From the NCBI RefSeq assembly GCF_006345805.1, contig NC_042999.1, forward strand, positions 1,798,001 through 1,862,000: a stretch of DNA of 64,000 nucleotides, read 5' to 3'. Position numbers and translations under genes: made by a program. Positions 62,243-64,000 of the stretch are shown here, in pieces (within the stretch, counting starts at the first letter, position 1; the number at the start of each line of letters is the position of its first letter). The notes beneath the pieces are model-generated. The model was given only the letters and a program-made list of their open reading frames with translations, was not told the origin of the DNA and searched no databases. The DNA comes from Octopus sinensis (Eukaryota).

Positions 62243-62720
62243 TAATCTGTATTTTTGTTATTTTTTATTTGCCCTGTTCGTGGGAGCTAACAATCGTACT
62301 GACTTTCATGGGAAACATGTATTTTTGTGGTTGAAACCCTTTGGATTTACTAGTGCTAGAGTGAGCCACATAGTGACCACTCTCTTATATTTATTTTATT
62401 TTTATTTTTATATATATATATATATATATAATCAAAATTGTTTCATGCTACTTCATTTTATTAAACACTGTAAGTATTACATCAGTTTTAAAATGTCAAG
62501 CATTTTAATAAAATGTGTTTAATAAAACAAAGTAACATGAAGCAATTGTACTACTCTACTTTGGATATCCTTGTTGCTTATTTTCATTATAATCACCCCA
62601 TTTGATTTATATGGATAATACCATACAAAATTCTGGTGCCTTTAACTTAAGTACCATATTCATTTTAATCTAAATTTTGCTGAATATATATATATATATA
62701 TATATATAATATGTATGTAT

Positions 62721-63589
62721 ATAAAATTTGGTATAAGATAAAAATTTCAAATATTTGTCTTGACATTCAGACAAGCAAATTCATAATTCAGATGTATGAC
62801 ATGAGATATTCTTCCATTCAAATAACCACATATTTATATTAAGACATAGATGATAAAAAACATAGAAATATAAGAATATAAACATAAAAAATAAGAAACA
62901 TATAAAATAAAGAAGCATAAAAAATATATAAGGAGTAACATTAAAGTAGAAAATATAGTTAGAATAGATTAAAGGAGGCGATTGAAAGGATCAGTCCAAA
63001 CTTTTCTGAAACAGCCTTAGGTTTGGGCTGATCCTTTTAATCACCTCCTTTAATCTGTTCAAACTATATTTTCTACTTTCATATTACTCCTGATATATTT
63101 TTATGCTTTTTAAAAATTTTTTCATGTTTACATTCTTATATTTCTATATTCTTATCAAAAGCTGTTCGATTCACTTCAACATTTAAGTTTAATTTGTCAA
63201 AATATTTTCGTCGTCGTCTATAAAACCGCGACCTGTTCACTGACAAAAATCCGTGCTGCATCAGTGAACAGGTCGCGGTCTTATAGCGACGAAAATATTT
63301 TGACAAATTAAACTTAAATGTTGAAGTGAATCGAACGGCTTTTGTGTGTTTCTTAAATGGCTTACAAACACCTTCCACGCTGCAATTGTTTTCGTTCCAG
63401 CACACGATCTCGGATCAATTCACTTGCTATGCAAGTACATCTCCCTATATTCTTGTCATCTAACTCTTAATATAAGTATGTGGTTATTTGAATGGAATAA
63501 TAGCTCATATCATACATCTGAATTATGATTTTACTTGTCACAATGTTTAAGACAAATATCTGTAATTTTTATCTTATACCAAATTTTAT
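62721..63589. mobile_element. Foldback (whole-length palindromic) element, ~275-bp arms and 19-nt loop, interrupted by an insertion
   Basis: 62721-63001 pairs with 63021-63156 plus 63458-63589, e.g. AAAATTTGGTATAAGATAAAAATT / AATTTTTATCTTATACCAAATTTT. Confidence 0.85.
63157..63444. mobile_element. Palindromic element with variant hammerhead-like motif, copy B, 13-bp TSD
   Basis: Homologous to 34557-34915 including the terminus GCAAGTACATCTCC; flanked by CTATATTCTTATC (63144) and CTATATTCTTGTC (63445). Confidence 0.88.
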
Positions 63590-63665
63590 TAATCCTTACT
63601 TCATATATGAGCGGAAAAACAGTTGTACTATATACTGGAGCTTCATCACCATTAAAATTCTTGTG

Positions 63666-63700
<35 letters not shown>

Positions 63701-64000
63701 TTAGAGATAAACCACTATTATGCAACTTAAATAACAAATAATATATATTTTTATAAAACATATAACTTATAACTAGATCTCAAAAAGTATAAAATGAATT
63801 ATCAATATATAATATAATAAGTAAAAACACTACATACATATGGCTACAATTAAATTCGAATTGCAATTAAGTTTAAATTCAATTGAAATAAATTTGATTT
63901 AAAATTATAGTCAATCTTCAGGTTAATGATAATAGTTAAATAAATAAGCAAATAGAGTTAAACGATATTTATTTAAGAAATAAATAAAATAATAATTTTT

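Larger units (their letters stand above)
61093..62397. mobile_element. Hammerhead-bearing ~535-bp tandem repeat, two ~1.2-mer arms joined head-to-head (retrozyme or Penelope pLTR-like)
   Basis: TATAATTAATTAATAAGGGTGAG at 61093 and 61626; CAATCGTACTGAC at 61755 and 62291; the right arm is the reverse complement of the monomer. Confidence 0.92.

Overview
AT-rich, microsatellite-dense animal genomic DNA with no host protein-coding gene, rRNA, true tRNA gene or CRISPR array that I can support. The repeat complement suggests an octopus or other coleoid cephalopod (inference from pattern recognition, no database search). It includes tRNA-derived SINEs, RTE-clade LINE 3' tails ending in (GAT)n, and (TA)n/(TAA)n tracts. 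Nearly all ORF-track entries are microsatellite or repeat artefacts. Recognisable coding remnants all come from transposons: a 5'-truncated but otherwise near-intact RTE LINE (51073-54940, minus), two R4/Dong-type restriction-like endonuclease fragments in (TAA)n, and piggyBac, mariner and Ty3/Gypsy fossils. The main structural finding is a set of small non-coding palindromic or tandem elements carrying hammerhead ribozyme (HHR) motifs. First, a ~535-bp monomer with a canonical type I HHR is present as ~1.2 tandem copies on each strand; its junctions fit twin-primed reverse transcription of a multimeric or circular RNA (61093-62397). Second, a palindromic family (34557-34915, 63157-63444) has a repeated motif that folds as an HHR with the C3-G8 pair swapped to G3-C8. 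Third, several decayed HHRs occur elsewhere. Also notable: a 141-bp target-site duplication around an RTE tail, and copy-number-variable arrays of ~60-bp double-hairpin units in the RTE 3' UTR.
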